A DNA stretch of 64,000 bases from Utricularia gibba (Eukaryota; Plantae; Magnoliophyta): contig NEEC01000002.1 in assembly GCA_002189035.1 (NCBI GenBank), positions 2,914,001 through 2,978,000 of the forward strand, read 5' to 3'. Positions within the stretch are counted from its first letter, which is position 1; each line of letters starts with the position of its first letter. Made by a program: the position numbers and the translations under genes. A model generated the notes under the pieces. It ran no database searches. It saw nothing but the letters and a program-made list of their open reading frames with translations, and had not been told where the DNA came from. Positions 15,190 to 28,094 of this stretch are shown here, piece by piece.

Positions 15190-16435
15190 CTAGAGCCCCA
15201 AATCCCTCAACACTAACTCCACTTCTTCCACGACTCCTAGCTTCCTAAGCCACTTTGCAAGCGACATCGAAGCTTCTTCTCCGAGCACAACACCATCCCT
15301 CTCTAGTTCAACAAGCAGGTCTAATGCTTCCTTCAGCTTGTTTCCTTTTTCATGAGCTGCTATCACTAGAGCCACGCATTTGTCATTAGGTTCAACCCCT
15401 GCTCTCCTCATGTTTTCGAAAACAATGCAAGCTTCCCTGCCTCTGCCCGACTCAACATATGCATTCATGAGATGCCCACATACTCTTGCATCAGGAATGA
15501 TGCCCCGAGTTGCATTGCATCAAACACCCTCTGAGCCCCATCACCGTCACCCTCCCTCGAGTATGCTCTCAATAGAGCCTTGTAAACTTCACTCCCTGCA
15601 TAAATCTCAAGTTCTCCCATCTCCAGTAGCAACTTCTCCGCATCAGAGAGCCTTCCCGCCCTAACATAAGCCATGACCATCGCCCCATATGACCTTCGGT
15701 CTAACTGATCCCAAGCAGCTTCATCTCCTGGAACAAACTCTCAGCCTCTCAAAATCTCCCTTCTTGCTGTACATGTGAAGCAATGTGGTGAGCATCACCT
15801 GGTCGCACACGAACCCTTGCCATCATACATGTGAGTGTCTTCTCTGCTTCCTCTATCATGTTCCCCTTTGCGTGAGCATGTATTATCTTGGTGTAGTCAC
15901 GCACATTCGCCTCGAATGATTCTTCTGTCAAAGCATGTTCGGCAACCTAGAAATGCACCAAGAAACCAGCAAGTTCAAAGATGGATCAGTGGCATTCGTC
16001 TCTAGACACAGTCATACCTATTTTATCAACGACCAAAAACCAGACCTCCAAGTAAAGAGGATGATTCATCCGGCTCAGTTCTTTGAGAACCGAAAGCCAA
16101 TCAGCTCTTCTAGGGCTCGTACTCCTAACCCAGGCATCCAGCATTAGAGAAACACTCCCATTTTCAGGCGAATAGCAAATCATCTGTCTCATCAGCGCCT
16201 TAGAACGATTCGTCATCTTGAAGGCCAATTGGGAAATCGCCTCTGTTTGCTCCTGGGTGAAACCTGTCTTCACCCATTTGTATCTTGGGATCTTCGTCTC
16301 GCTCGCCTCCGCTGGCGCGAGATTGCCGTTCTCTTTCGACGCGCGGAGGACTTGATTTCTGCAGCAGAAAAATGGATGCTTCGGAAACCGGATTTCGCAT
16401 ACAAAAGAGGAGCTAAGAATGGGATACGCAGCCAT
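15190..16435 (-). CDS. P-class pentatricopeptide repeat protein (At1g01970-like); several apparent small indels
   Basis: Exon 1 is 16435-16046 and exon 2 is ~15946-15190. Motifs: RADWLSVLKEL, FEANVRDYTKIIH, VYKALLRAYS.GD..GAQRVFD, DKCVALV.AA.EK, LGVVEEVELVLR. Frame breaks occur near 15814, ~15710-15745 and ~15505. Confidence 0.87.
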
Positions 16436-16940
16436 CGAAAAGTTCCTCCTACACAGAGATGATAGATGACGATGAGGTTTAAGATGATGTGCTCTCGGGT
16501 AGAGATGGGCGTGTACGGGCTTTTCTGTATTTTTTGACACGGCCTGGCCCGCATAGTTTAGAGACCCAGCGGGCTCGTGCTAGCCCAAGCCACTCTAATC
16601 TCATGCTTTGCCGGACATTGTTACTATCGTACATAAAAGTTATGTCCAAGTTTACATATAATTACTGTTTGATTAATTAGCATATGTATATCAATCTTGT
16701 ATAATTATACTATTTTCATATTCATTTTTTAAACATATAAATGATATACATAAATAAAGAGAAAGATTAGTTATTTTATATTAATACATATTCAAATTTC
16801 TATTTTTAAATATTACTACATATTGTATATACCTAATTATATTACATTTAAATATATTAATATTCTATTATCAAACTACCTCTTAATCATCTAAATTAGT
16901 ACATTCTCTTGGAATACCATATCCCAATAATATTATCATT

Positions 16941-19754
16941 TTATTTGAAATAGTTCACACACTTTTTCATTGTTTTCTTGCAAGTATCCTCATCACCCCT
17001 GAGGAAGAAACCGCCGATGACACCACACAAATTAGTCCCAGAGAGCAGTAGTCGTAACGCAAGGTCTTGAAAGGAGATTCCGGACCTTTTCGTCGAACCG
17101 CGTTCGAGAAGACTTGGAGGGCATCTGCTTCTTCCTCCGAAACGAGGCATGTGACTGGATCTCTTCAGCAGTCAAAAGCGGTTTCAAGGACTTCATTACT
17201 GCCTTGAAGTGCCGGCTCGATACCGACGAGGATGCGATATCTTCCGAAGAGCATGATTACCGGCTTCTCGACATAGCCATTCCAGCTCGGCGCCGGTGCA
17301 GCGATCCGTCTCCTCCGCGATTTTCATGAGATCCACATCTGCTTCTACTTGCATTCTCCGCGTATGCACGCGGAGGATTTCGTATCGAGCTTCTACGTCG
17401 GGTGGTGGGACGTAAAGAACCTGTTGGATGTGCGATGAGAGGCATTGCTGTGGCGAACAAGAAATGATGGATGAAGTGAACTAACCAAGTCGAAGCGTCC
17501 AGGGCGCATGAGCGCAGAATCAATAGCATTTGGACGATTCGTAGCAGCCAAAACGAGGATCCCCTAAGCGAACAGAAAACCATGTAAGATCATGAAACTG
17601 GAAGCGCTGGGTAGGGTAGGGGATTGGTTTTCACCTTGGCCTGCTCCAAGCCGTCCATTTCAGTAAGCAAAGTTGACAGAAGTCTCTCTCCAACGGTTGA
17701 GCTCTTGTGTGAATTTGTTCCTCTGAAGTTTTCCTATCAGCTCGGTCAAAAAAGAAACATCTCTACATAAGCGGAGAAGTCTTACCTTTTCGCACCGACG
17801 ACATCAGCCTCATCAAAAAATATGATGCTTGGAGTAGCAAGTCTGGCTTTGCGGAACGTTTGGCGCAGCAAAGCCTCACCTTCACCAACATACATGTTGA
17901 AGAAATCTGCACCACTGACATAAGATGTGATTTGTATTTTGATGCTTGGACTTGAGAAATGAAAAGCCAGTCTCGGGAAAGGCAACTCTACCACAATGAG
18001 AAAAATGAAGCTTGTGCTCCACAAGCAGCAGCCTTAGCCAGGGTGGTTTTTGAGCAACCTGGTGGACCATGTAGAAGAATTCCACGAACGGGTGAGGCCC
18101 CAGCCTCGAAAAAGCTTCGGGATGCTTCAAAGGCCATTCAACCGCTTGCTGAAGTTTCTTCTGCACCCCAAATTGGATAATGTTAGCAGGCTTTAACACC
18201 AATGCTCACCTGTTGACGAGTCAATGGAAAAGGAAAACTACACACACCTTCAAGTCTTTTAGTCCCCCAATATCATCCCAGGAAACTTTGGGGACTTCAA
18301 CGGTAACGCCTCTTGTTATACTGGGACGAACTAATTCTCTAGCCCGGTACCAGTCATCCATGGTTATGATACAGTCGCTAGTTTCTTGGTGATCACCAGG
18401 TGAATTGCTGACTGCAGAAATGTTAGCCTCGCGACACAAAGCTTCCAAATCTGCCCCAGTGAAGCCCTTGCAAAAAGAAGCTACAGATTCTAGGCTGACA
18501 TTCGGAGCCATACGAGCATCCTCTTCACATACAGCTGATAATAAAAAAGGCATGAAAAATATTTACAAACTACTAATTTCTGAACAACAGCCATTACTTT
18601 TTAGAATTAAAAAAAAAGTTGCTTCGCAGGCTGATGTTAGAACTAATGACATGAGATGCAGGAATGAGATCATCTCAGAACCTGAAGTATTTGAACTCGC
18701 TCCTCTTCGTTAGGTAAAGAGACTTCAACCTCAAAATCAAAGCGTCCTGCACGTCTTAGCGCGGGATCAATCACATCCACCCTGAAGAATGAATATACCC
18801 TTTTATCCAGGTGCAAATACTTTGCGAAAAACATAAACAAGAAATGAAAAGTAGGCTGTTGAAATCCACCTATTCGTGGATGCAATGACTGCGACATGGG
18901 AACCGGATTCTGCCAGCAACCTGTTGTTGTCCATCAATACAATGAATTGTGAAGTAATGCGAACATCCTGCTCTCTCCTGCGTTAACAAATAAACTTACA
19001 TTTCAACTAGACTCATCAAACAACACCAACGGAAAAACAATGCCCTTTGTGAGGTATTACTACCTGGAGTCCCTCTTGGGGAAAAGTGCATCAATTTCAT
19101 CAATGAAGATAACGGAGATCTTGCCGGATTTTGAGCGAGAAAATGCCTCGGCAAAAGTATCGCGTAGAACTTTCTCACTTTCTCCAGCATGTGCTCTAAG
19201 AACTGAATCTGGGCTGTAAATGATAATCAACAAAGACATTAATTTTAGCCAGAAAAAAAATGGCATTGAAGCAGCGCTGAAGTTCATAAAACGTAAATTC
19301 TTAGCTTAGACCAAGCACTGAAACTATCATCTAGCACAAGAAGCCAGGTTCCATTACCTAATAACAATCAAATGCGCATCACATTCGCGAACCACGGCTC
19401 GAACCAAGCTTGTCTGAATCGTAAAGCCGAAGTTAGTTGGCTCTTTTACAAGAATACTAGAGGTTTAAGTATTACCTTTCCCGTACCAGGAGGGCCGTAC
19501 AGAAGCAATCCACAGGGCCACTGAAGAATAATGAAAACAAATACGAGTAAACACCAAGAAAAATCCAATTTATCGATTGCGGAAACTAAGCGACAGCGTC
19601 GAAGAATGAATAGCAGCACCCTGAGGCCAAGTTTTCGCGCCTCTTTGGAGTATAACACAGGATAAATAATATACTCTCGGAGAGTTCGTAAAGCTTCCGA
19701 GTTACCGGCTATTTCCTCCTCCGCCGTCCTCACGGTGGCGCCTACGGCGTTCAT
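16941..19754 (-). CDS. CDC48B: AAA+ ATPase, cell division control protein 48 homolog B (AFG2/SPATA5L1-like); multi-exon, with apparent indels; stop uncertain (17032 or 16941)
   Basis: D1: [43 protein letters not shown]. Linker: [15 protein letters not shown]2: [13 protein letters not shown] (after +1 at ~18100), [18 protein letters not shown]. The exon content matches recalled At2g03670. Confidence 0.9.
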
Positions 19755-20022
19755 TTTCAAGCCGATCAACCAACAAGAAATGGCTAGTTCAAAATTCCCC
19801 AACTCCCCTCAATACCTAACGAGTAAATGGGCTCAAGGGAATTATTGGCCCAATAATAAGCCCAACAATAGTTTTGAACATCAGACCCATTGACTAACTT
19901 CTCGTCTGTTGAAAATTGACGATAGTCGTTTTTGTTTAGAATTCATTTCAGCCTTCATCGTTATCTTCTCGGAGCTGCAAAAAGGGAAGAGTTTTAGGTA
20001 AAGTTGATCTTCGAGTTTGTTC
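19755..20022. promoter_or_regulatory. Short bidirectional promoter between CDC48B and the membrane-protein gene
   Basis: The head-to-head starts are 268 bp apart. Site II-like TGGGCT, GGCCCA and AGCCCA motifs lie at ~19828-19864. Confidence 0.5.
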
Positions 20023-21003
20023 ATGGCTATGACGACTCAAAACCTGAATCTCATCGGATTACTCTCTGAAACGAAGCGCATAGTCAACGCCCACTCTCGC
20101 CACTTCCTGGCTCTCTCAGTTCTCTTCCTCCTCCCGCTTTCCTTCTCTGTTGTGGTTTACCCTTCACTATCGCGATCTCCTTTGATCGTTTCCCTACACC
20201 AGAGATCCATGCTGTTTGCTGAGTTTGATATGGGTCCGATTGAAAAACCCAGTTTGCTCCTGATGCTTTACGCCCTGTTTGTACTTCTTTTTTCCCTTTG
20301 CGGCATCGCTTCTATCACCTACAGCACCTTCCATGGATTCTACGGCAGGCCGGTGAAATTCGTAGCCTCTATTAAATCCATCATCTTTTCATTCTTCCCA
20401 CTTGTTTCAACTGCGATTGTTGCAACTATAATTGTGGGATTGGTTGCTTTCTCCTTTTGGGGCTTCACGATGCTACTTTTTGTTGGGGTTTCGATGTTTG
20501 GGGTTGAAATTGATCTCACCAGCCCTTACACAATGGGGTTTATTGTTATAGTACTGGTTTGTCTAGCCGCGGCGGTGATTTACTTGAAAATTGAATGGTG
20601 TTTGTGGAATGTCGTGGTGATTGTGGAGTCCCGATGGGGTTTCTCTCCTTTGAAAAGAAGCTCATATTTGATTAAGGGGATGAAACGTTTGGCTCTAGGG
20701 ATGCTTACGCTTTTTGGATGTTTAACTGTTGTCTTGTCTTTGATGTTTGCAACTTTGCTTCCTAGTGAAGATGGGATTGAAGGGAGTTGGATCAGAAGTG
20801 CTTTCATTTTCCAGATAGTGATTTACACAGGCTTCCTGACAATCTTGATGCTTTACAATGTGGCTGCAATCACTGTTCTGTTCATGCATTGTAAAGCGTT
20901 GCATGGAGAGCTGGCTATCGAGATTGCAGAAGAGTTCTCCAGGGAGTATATAAGTTTACCTTTTGATGATGGGAAAGTTCCTCATGTTGTCTACGTTGTT
21001 TAG
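20023..21003 (+). CDS. Intronless uncharacterised multi-pass membrane protein (At3g11810/At2g03330-like)
   Basis: A single 326-aa ORF from ATG 20023 with about six hydrophobic segments. Family-like ends: LSETKRIVNAHSRHFLALSVLFLLP and CKALHGELAIEIAEEF.REY.SLPFD. Confidence 0.88.
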   Translation: MAMTTQNLNLIGLLSETKRIVNAHSRHFLALSVLFLLPLSFSVVVYPSLSRSPLIVSLHQRSMLFAEFDMGPIEKPSLLLMLYALFVLLFSLCGIASITYSTFHGFYGRPVKFVASIKSIIFSFFPLVSTAIVATIIVGLVAFSFWGFTMLLFVGVSMFGVEIDLTSPYTMGFIVIVLVCLAAAVIYLKIEWCLWNVVVIVESRWGFSPLKRSSYLIKGMKRLALGMLTLFGCLTVVLSLMFATLLPSEDGIEGSWIRSAFIFQIVIYTGFLTILMLYNVAAITVLFMHCKALHGELAIEIAEEFSREYISLPFDDGKVPHVVYVV

Positions 21004-21299
21004 AGACTTAAGAACTAATCGTCTCAGGCTTGTACTGGTTACAGGGTTGTTGTACAGTGTACCATGACCAAGATTTGTAAACTTACTTTAGTTGATTAAA
21101 GGAGTATGTTTGGAACATCTTGTTGCTTATTTACATGTAAAACACAGGTCTTGGGCGTATTTTGAGCTCGGAATCTTTTTATCTGAAACACTTGATGTTG
21201 CTCCCATCTTGATTTGCCAGACAGCCTTCCATATAGTCGCCTTTGGAAAAGCTAGATGAATGGTTGAGACTGCTTTTCTGGGAATTGGTATTGGTTTCA

Positions 21300-22270
21300 C
21301 GGAGTTCTGCCTCGATTGTTAACTGATAAACAGGTGTAAGAACCCGACAGCAATAGGGCTGCTGCTTCGCTCCGAAATGGGAGTATGCTTCTTACCCTCT
21401 CGATGTCGCAGCCTGGCTTCTACAGACATAAGATCGATCAGGTTAGTGATGGTGTTTTCAAAGCGATTACTTTCCTTGAGAGTATGCGCAAGCAAGCTCT
21501 CTTAAACTCGCCCTGGAGTGGAGTGCCCCTTTACAACTTTCTTCCCGTATCTTCTCCACCTTTAGCCATCAATCATCTGGTAGATCAACTTGGGGGATCC
21601 AGAAAACTGGTCATCGTTTCTCACATGAATGTGAAAATTTGGCCAAGTGGTGTGTGTACAACGATTTGGGGGCTCTGGAAGGGGTTCCACTTTCCACCAT
21701 CAGATGATTATGCTCCAGGCTCCGCAGTCCTTGTCAAGCATTCGCTTAATCGGTGTGTACTCGGTATAACTCATGCATTCGGGTCCAAACCAGTGCAGGC
21801 ATATCTCGTTTGCCTCATCGACTCTGGCATCAGCAACCAAAAGTGCAATTCTTCTAAAATTTGCCTCATACTCCTCAGGCCATGTAGAACGCTCCTCAAG
21901 AATCGCTTTCGTGGGACACTTTTTTTTTTTTTTTCCCAGAAGAGGCAGGAAAAGGTGAAGCTCCATTAAAGTTACAGTGAACATGGCTTACAGTGGGAGT
22001 ATCACATTGTACACGACAAATTTGTCCTGGGAAATGGATGGACACTAAAACCTATACCATGTTGTAGAGAAATACGGACGAAGTTATTGAAGAAACAAGC
22101 GCATCCCTCCCCTGTTGGTTCAGGTGGGAAACGATAGGCGGCGACAGGTCTGGCAGGAGCTGTTTATCAACCCTATGGCGAAGCCTAGAGATTGTTGCAT
22201 GGGTTCTTGGAGGAACGCCTGGTAAAATTCTGAAAGAATCCCCCTTCAATGAAGCCCAATCAAACACAGC
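21300..22270 (-). pseudogene. Degenerate group I WRKY (WRKY3/WRKY4-like) relic
   Basis: 21570-21526 on the minus strand reads DG*RWRRYGKKVVKG (consensus DGYRWRKYGQKVVKG). It is preceded by frame-shifted (E)VDLPDD and EP.KIVV.T pieces and followed by PGC..VR(K)H..ER.SSP.AV pieces. It carries in-frame stops, indels and a GG|GC at the usual PR|SY intron donor. The 5' limit is uncertain. Confidence 0.65.
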
Positions 22271-22507
22271 CATAAGAATACAGTCACATCACATGGCAAC
22301 TCATATGTATTCAAGCACAATAGGCTAAATCCATCAAGCAAAATGTGTCCACAGCCAAATATGTCTACTTGGGATCACAAAGAAGGAAAGAAACATAAGC
22401 AAAGCAAACGAGAAAAAGAAAGTCTTGTTGTTGATGGTTAAGCCATTTTCATAAAAAGGATCATGCTTCAATGACCGATAATAGCATGTGCAGCCAGGCC
22501 TGCGATC

Positions 22508-23680
22508 CTAAGCCTTCGGACCGATGTCCTTGAGGCCACAGATCTGCTCCTCGCCCATGGCAGCCATTACAGACACCACAAGATCCTTGCCTTCAGCAAA
22601 ACCATCCTTTATCTGCAAATTTTAACTCATGGTAAGAACAATGTAGAGGAAGGCTGCATATAAGAATAGGGTGTGAGCTCTGTTTTGGATTACCAGCGCC
22701 TATTCCGTAAATCTCTATAAGACACATAAAAAACCGTAATCTCACAGAAACATAATAAGGTCTCACAATCAAAAAGAAAAAGCAACACATGCTTTGCTAT
22801 AAATGAAAAGATAAAACCTGTTGAAGCAGGTTCTCATCAGTAGGAAGCCGGAGGTCATCCTTGGTGCCACCACTCTCGGTAAGCAAGCTCACCTAAATAA
22901 TATTCTCAAAAAGGATCATTAACAAGAACCAGAAAAGCAACACATAAAACCAAAATCAGTGAAGAGTGTCACATACAAAACCATCCTCAGAGATATCAAT
23001 AAGCTGGTAGTCAACGCGATTGACGTGTGGGACCTGTAGAAATACGGCTACATAAGTTATGCACGGTTAAAAACAGTGAGGTAGATGTGTCCAACGTGAA
23101 TAAGAGCATACATCACAGTTATGCGAGGAAGGAACAATATCTTCAAGCTTCTTGGAAGTAAAGATGTCAATGCCGACAAAGTGGCATTTTGCGTGACCGT
23201 GCTTCCCAGTTTTGGAGGTAGAAACCTCGACAACCTGTAAGCTCACAAACAGGTTTGATTTAGATTAATCTAACAAATGGAAAAATACACCAAGAAAAAA
23301 AAAACCTTTTAAACTACTGATGCACAGGCCATGAAATACAATGAAGAAGACGAAAACAACGATGCCATATTTTTCCCAATTCTTCTCATATAAGAAACCA
23401 GTACGTGGAGAAGCTTAAAATTGAATACCAAGTTTTTATCTGGATAAAAAACCAATCCCAATTCACAGATCTCAGACACGACAGCCCCGCCAATAAATTC
23501 AAAATTGGCGACAAGGAAATAGTGAAGATCAAAACGAACGAATTTAGCAACTAAGACCTTGCAGGGGCGACCCTTGATAACAATGTAGCCGTTCTTGCGG
23601 ATCGTCCCCGCCTGCTGGGGGTACGTTTTGGAGGCTCCAGCATCAGCCTTAGACTCGAAGTGATGCTCCTCGTCGGACAT
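22508..23680 (-). CDS. eIF5A: Eukaryotic translation initiation factor 5A
   Basis: Exons 23680-23558, 23234-23112, 23033-22977, 22892-22818 and 22612-22508 total 483 nt (160 aa). The hypusination motif [12 protein letters not shown] is intact. Confidence 0.98.
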
Positions 23681-24479
23681 CTTCAGCAACAAATCTGAGA
23701 CGATCCCCCAAAAACTGTAGTAGTACGGTACCGTCGCTGATCAGAAAAGCGGTTGTGCGAGGAGTTTATAATAGAGTAGACCTACAAATGTAGAAGAGGG
23801 GAAATTAGGGTAATTGCTTTGGAGTGGTTCTCGGCCGTTGAATTCCTATCCTCCAGAGATTGACGGGTGAGATCATTTGTTAACTTTGGCATCAAAAGAC
23901 GCAGTTTAATAATCACAAATGTAAATTCTTGAAAATAAATATTTAATTCAAATATCTCAATTTTTCTATCTCTATCCCGGTTACCAAAATCATTACTACG
24001 AGGTGGTGTTTTACATTACTTATAACCAAATTAACGTAATTACAATTAGTTAAAGTATTTTTTTCAAATTATAAATCATGTTATTTATAAATATTTTTTA
24101 AAAAATAGGTAAATAACTATTTAAATATAACTTAAATGAACAAAATATAATAAAATTACTTAAATACCATCATAAATTCCTATGTTTTTAATCATATAGA
24201 TCACTCTAATAATAGAGTTAGGAACTCTGAGGAAAGTCCCCAATTTTCTTTTATTGGGGGTTTATCAATGAGAATGTTTGAATACGTAAAATAAGTGTTT
24301 ATTTAAATGTAAAACTTACTTAAAATGAGTGTTTTTTCAAATTTCAAACTTATCATTATTGATGATTTGAAGATGATTTTAGGGTTTTAATTTTATATTA
24401 AAACACAACACCTGATTCATTTATATTTACCGATAGATATTATATGGGAAATATTAAAATATAGTACACATATTTAATA

Positions 24480-25000
24480 ATTTATAAATGTGTGCTAAAT
24501 TGATCAGCCACTGGTTTGATATCAATTTTACTAATTGGTGGTATGACATACAAACTCTAGTTATTTCTTTGTTTTTATATTTGTAAAATACTAAAATTTA
24601 AGTATTTTAGTATTTCAAACGATATATGACAGTCAAAGATGATTAAGGTGATTTTACTTTACTTATGTTTATACATAAAGTATAATTGCTATATAACTTA
24701 ATAATTTTGAATTTATTAGAAAATTCTACGATACAAAAAATTTAAAATCAATCCAACTATTTATCTTGACTTGTAAAATTTTAACTTCATATTAATGATT
24801 GTAATAACTAATTCGATATAAAATATTAGAAATGTCAATGTCCTTCTATGAGCAATTTATCTTGCATCAACAAAAGTTGATAGTTTTACTCATGATGGTA
24901 ATTGACCTAGATAATATAAATATCCAAAATGATAATTTTTTTCAATAATACTATTATTGGTAGAATTTTATATAATAATTCATAATAGGTATGTTATTTT
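24480..25000 (-). mobile_element. Highly decayed Ty1/copia RNase H-like remnant
   Basis: Weak, interrupted matches such as KPVADQFSTHL (cf. DQ.ADIFTKPL) in AT-rich DNA. Confidence 0.25.
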
Positions 25001-26559
25001 CTAAATTATTGATGTATTATATAAATTGACTTATAATCCATGAAATTTTAAAAGTGTGTAGTTGGTGAACAATGTTAAGCGAAAGTCAAAGAACAAATAC
25101 GAAGGAAACATGAGAAAGTATGATTAAATCAATTAAAAAATATATTTTATTCATCGACATCTCAAAGATCAAAGATACCTACGATTGGTGAGTGTTTGGA
25201 TGTAATAAGGTAAACTCTTTAATCACAAAAATATTCAAGTATATTTAGAGTTGTTGCATTGCCAACAACTGGGCTCTATTAGTTTTTTTCAATGGATTAA
25301 CATTTAGTTGTTTCATCAACTCTTTTCATTGTTTGATTATTGGATTGAAGAAACTCAAGATCTCTAATAGAATTTGAGAAAAATCTTCTGATATTTATAG
25401 ATATAGATTACATAGAATCTCCGGCCTTTTTCTTTTTATAATGGTTTTACACCGTAACAATATATATTTTATGTTGATGTTGTTATATATGCATATTATT
25501 TACTAATTTATTTTATCGGTTTATTTATGTATTGATTAATTATTTTTTATTTATTAATTTGTTATATGTTTTCTTATTTAATATATGATAATTATTAATT
25601 TATTTATAGTATTTCTATAGATTAGCATATGATTTTTTGTATTAATAATATGTTTTCATTATTATTATATTATTTATTATTTAATATGTGATTTTTATTA
25701 ATTTATTTATAATTTTTTTATAGATAAACATATAATCTAAACATATTGAATATGCGATAATAATATATTACTAAAAATAAAACTATAAAGTAAAATACAA
25801 TATCATATAAATTTTATATCGAATCCACATTAACTCCATTTATTACTGAACTCCAATTGATTTAAGAAATGTTGAATATGAATGAAGAAACTTTCGGAGG
25901 TAAGAGATATATGTATGTTGTGGGCAAAAATCGAAAGGGAGGTTTTTTGTCGATTTCCAGATAATGAGATTGGTATTCAAATTTTCGATTTGCTATTTAA
26001 GGATTTTGGTTGTTGTTTTTATAAGAGCAATACTAACAAAGTTGAGATTTTTTACGTGGAAATCGTCGTTGGACAAAAACCATGGAACTGGAGGAGGTCA
26101 CCAAATAAAAGAGTTTTACTAACAAATAGAAGAATAAAGATTTACAAATATTAGTGAGAGTACAGAATGCTTTATTTTTCGTTGTTTTCCCTATTTATAG
26201 GGGAGATCCGGCCGATCGATTTTTGAGAGTATCACTTATTTTCTATGCCAAGTAGTTATACATGCTATGGAGGTGGTACTGTTGATAGATAACTGTCGTT
26301 TGCGGTTGACTTTGCCCTATTTTTACTATTGTTGATTTTGATGTTTGTTGTATCTTTTTAGAGATTGCCCCCCTCTCGAATCGATTTCATCCGATAGGTA
26401 CCGATTTGATGTTCAATACGTTGATCGATTTGTATATCCTCTTTATAATAACTTCACGTGGGATTAGCCGATTTCCTACCTTCATCAATGTAGAAGAGGG
26501 GATTGAGATTAAAAATGATATCTTGTAATAACGTACTACCAATAACAGTGTCTACACTT

Positions 26560-27420
26560 AAAATGTCGTTATTGATGACATCATTAGTAATAGTGGATGA
26601 TATTATTGATGGTGTCTAATATTAATAATATAAAGTCATTTTTTTTTTACCAATATTATAGAAGCTATTTTCTAATAGAAAGGTCAAAAAATTATGCTTG
26701 TCTCAAGAACATTGCATTGAAAAAATTCTCGAAATATTTAATATAAATAAAATCAATATAGCTAGGTATCCTCTTATTAATCATTTTCAATTGAGTAAGA
26801 ATCAATGTCTATCAATCAAAGAATGGAAATTGAAGATGAACAGTCCATAATTATCAGCTATTAAGAGTTTGATGTATGTCATGTTATGTACCCGACCAAA
26901 TATCGTTCATATAGTTAGAGTTATGAACAATTTTTTGTCTGATCCAAGGAAGGATCATTAGTCTACAATGAAATGGATTTTTAAATATTTATGGAGATCT
27001 TCAAACATATGTTCATGCTTTAGAAATGAAGAGTCTGTATTGAAAGTATTCACAAATGCTGATTTAGTTTGTGATGTTGATGGTAGAAAATCAACATTGG
27101 ATATCTGATCACATTCATAGGAGTAGTTATGTTTTGACAATTGAAATTACTAAAGTGCATTGCTCTATCTTCAACAAAAGTTGAATATATTAACATTAAT
27201 GATGCTTGTAAGAACTATTACGTGCGAAAAAATTCTTATAAGAACTTGATGTGAAATAGGCGAAGTATGAATTATTTTGTGAGTTAGATTGCTATTCATC
27301 CAAATATGAATGTTTTATTTCATTCGAGATCGAAACATATTAATTAACATTATTATTAGATCGCAAATGTTTTGAAGGAAAAGCACCAATACATGAACAA
27401 GATTCATACTGAAAAAATAG
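26560..27420 (+). mobile_element. Ty1/copia (Tnt1-like) RT-RNase H remnant
   Basis: Interrupted translation: LSQEHCIEKILE.FN, SLMYVMLCTRPNI, MKWIFKYL, VFTNADL.CDVDGRKST, KCIALSSTKVEYI, FHSRSKHI. Confidence 0.85.
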
Positions 27421-28073
27421 ATTAAATATAATGATGAAAATACTTACGAGAAAAAAATTTGAATTCTTTAACAAAATTGTTATATTGACAAATTTACTTA
27501 TGTGTAGAAAGTCGAAAAATTGATAGATAATTCCCTTCAAATAATGACTATTTTAATTTACAAAAAGATTATTAAAATAAAGATATTATATTAAATGAAT
27601 ATGAATAATTACATTTGTGTTTGTTTATTTAATTATATCAAATTAAAAATTTGTTTATATTTATTTATTTTAATTAATTGCAAATTTTTTTGTTAATGTT
27701 TTTATTTATTTAATTTTCAAGATCGAACGTTCACAAACAAATATATTTATTTATTATCATATTTCCATTTAAATGATAGAAATATAATATAGTTATATAA
27801 TTTAAATTATATTATAAAAATTAATCTTAGAAAATTTATGATAAAAGATATAACAAATAAATAATTAAACAAAATTTTGAAAATCAAAATATATGATTTG
27901 TCCTACTATATATTATTTTGTTATCATAATTTTTCATTTATAATTAAAATTTCGTATGGTTTAAAATAAACGTAGTATTTTTAATGTAAGTTAGTATTTT
28001 ATATATTTTAATTGAGAAAAATAATAAAAAAATATTCATAACTTGAATATTAAGATAAAAAATTATTTCTAAT

Positions 28074-28094
28074 GTATATATATATATATATATA
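28074..28094. repeat. (TA)n microsatellite; similar tracts at ~28619-28641 and ~37611-37629
   Basis: Direct reading of the sequence. Confidence 0.9.
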
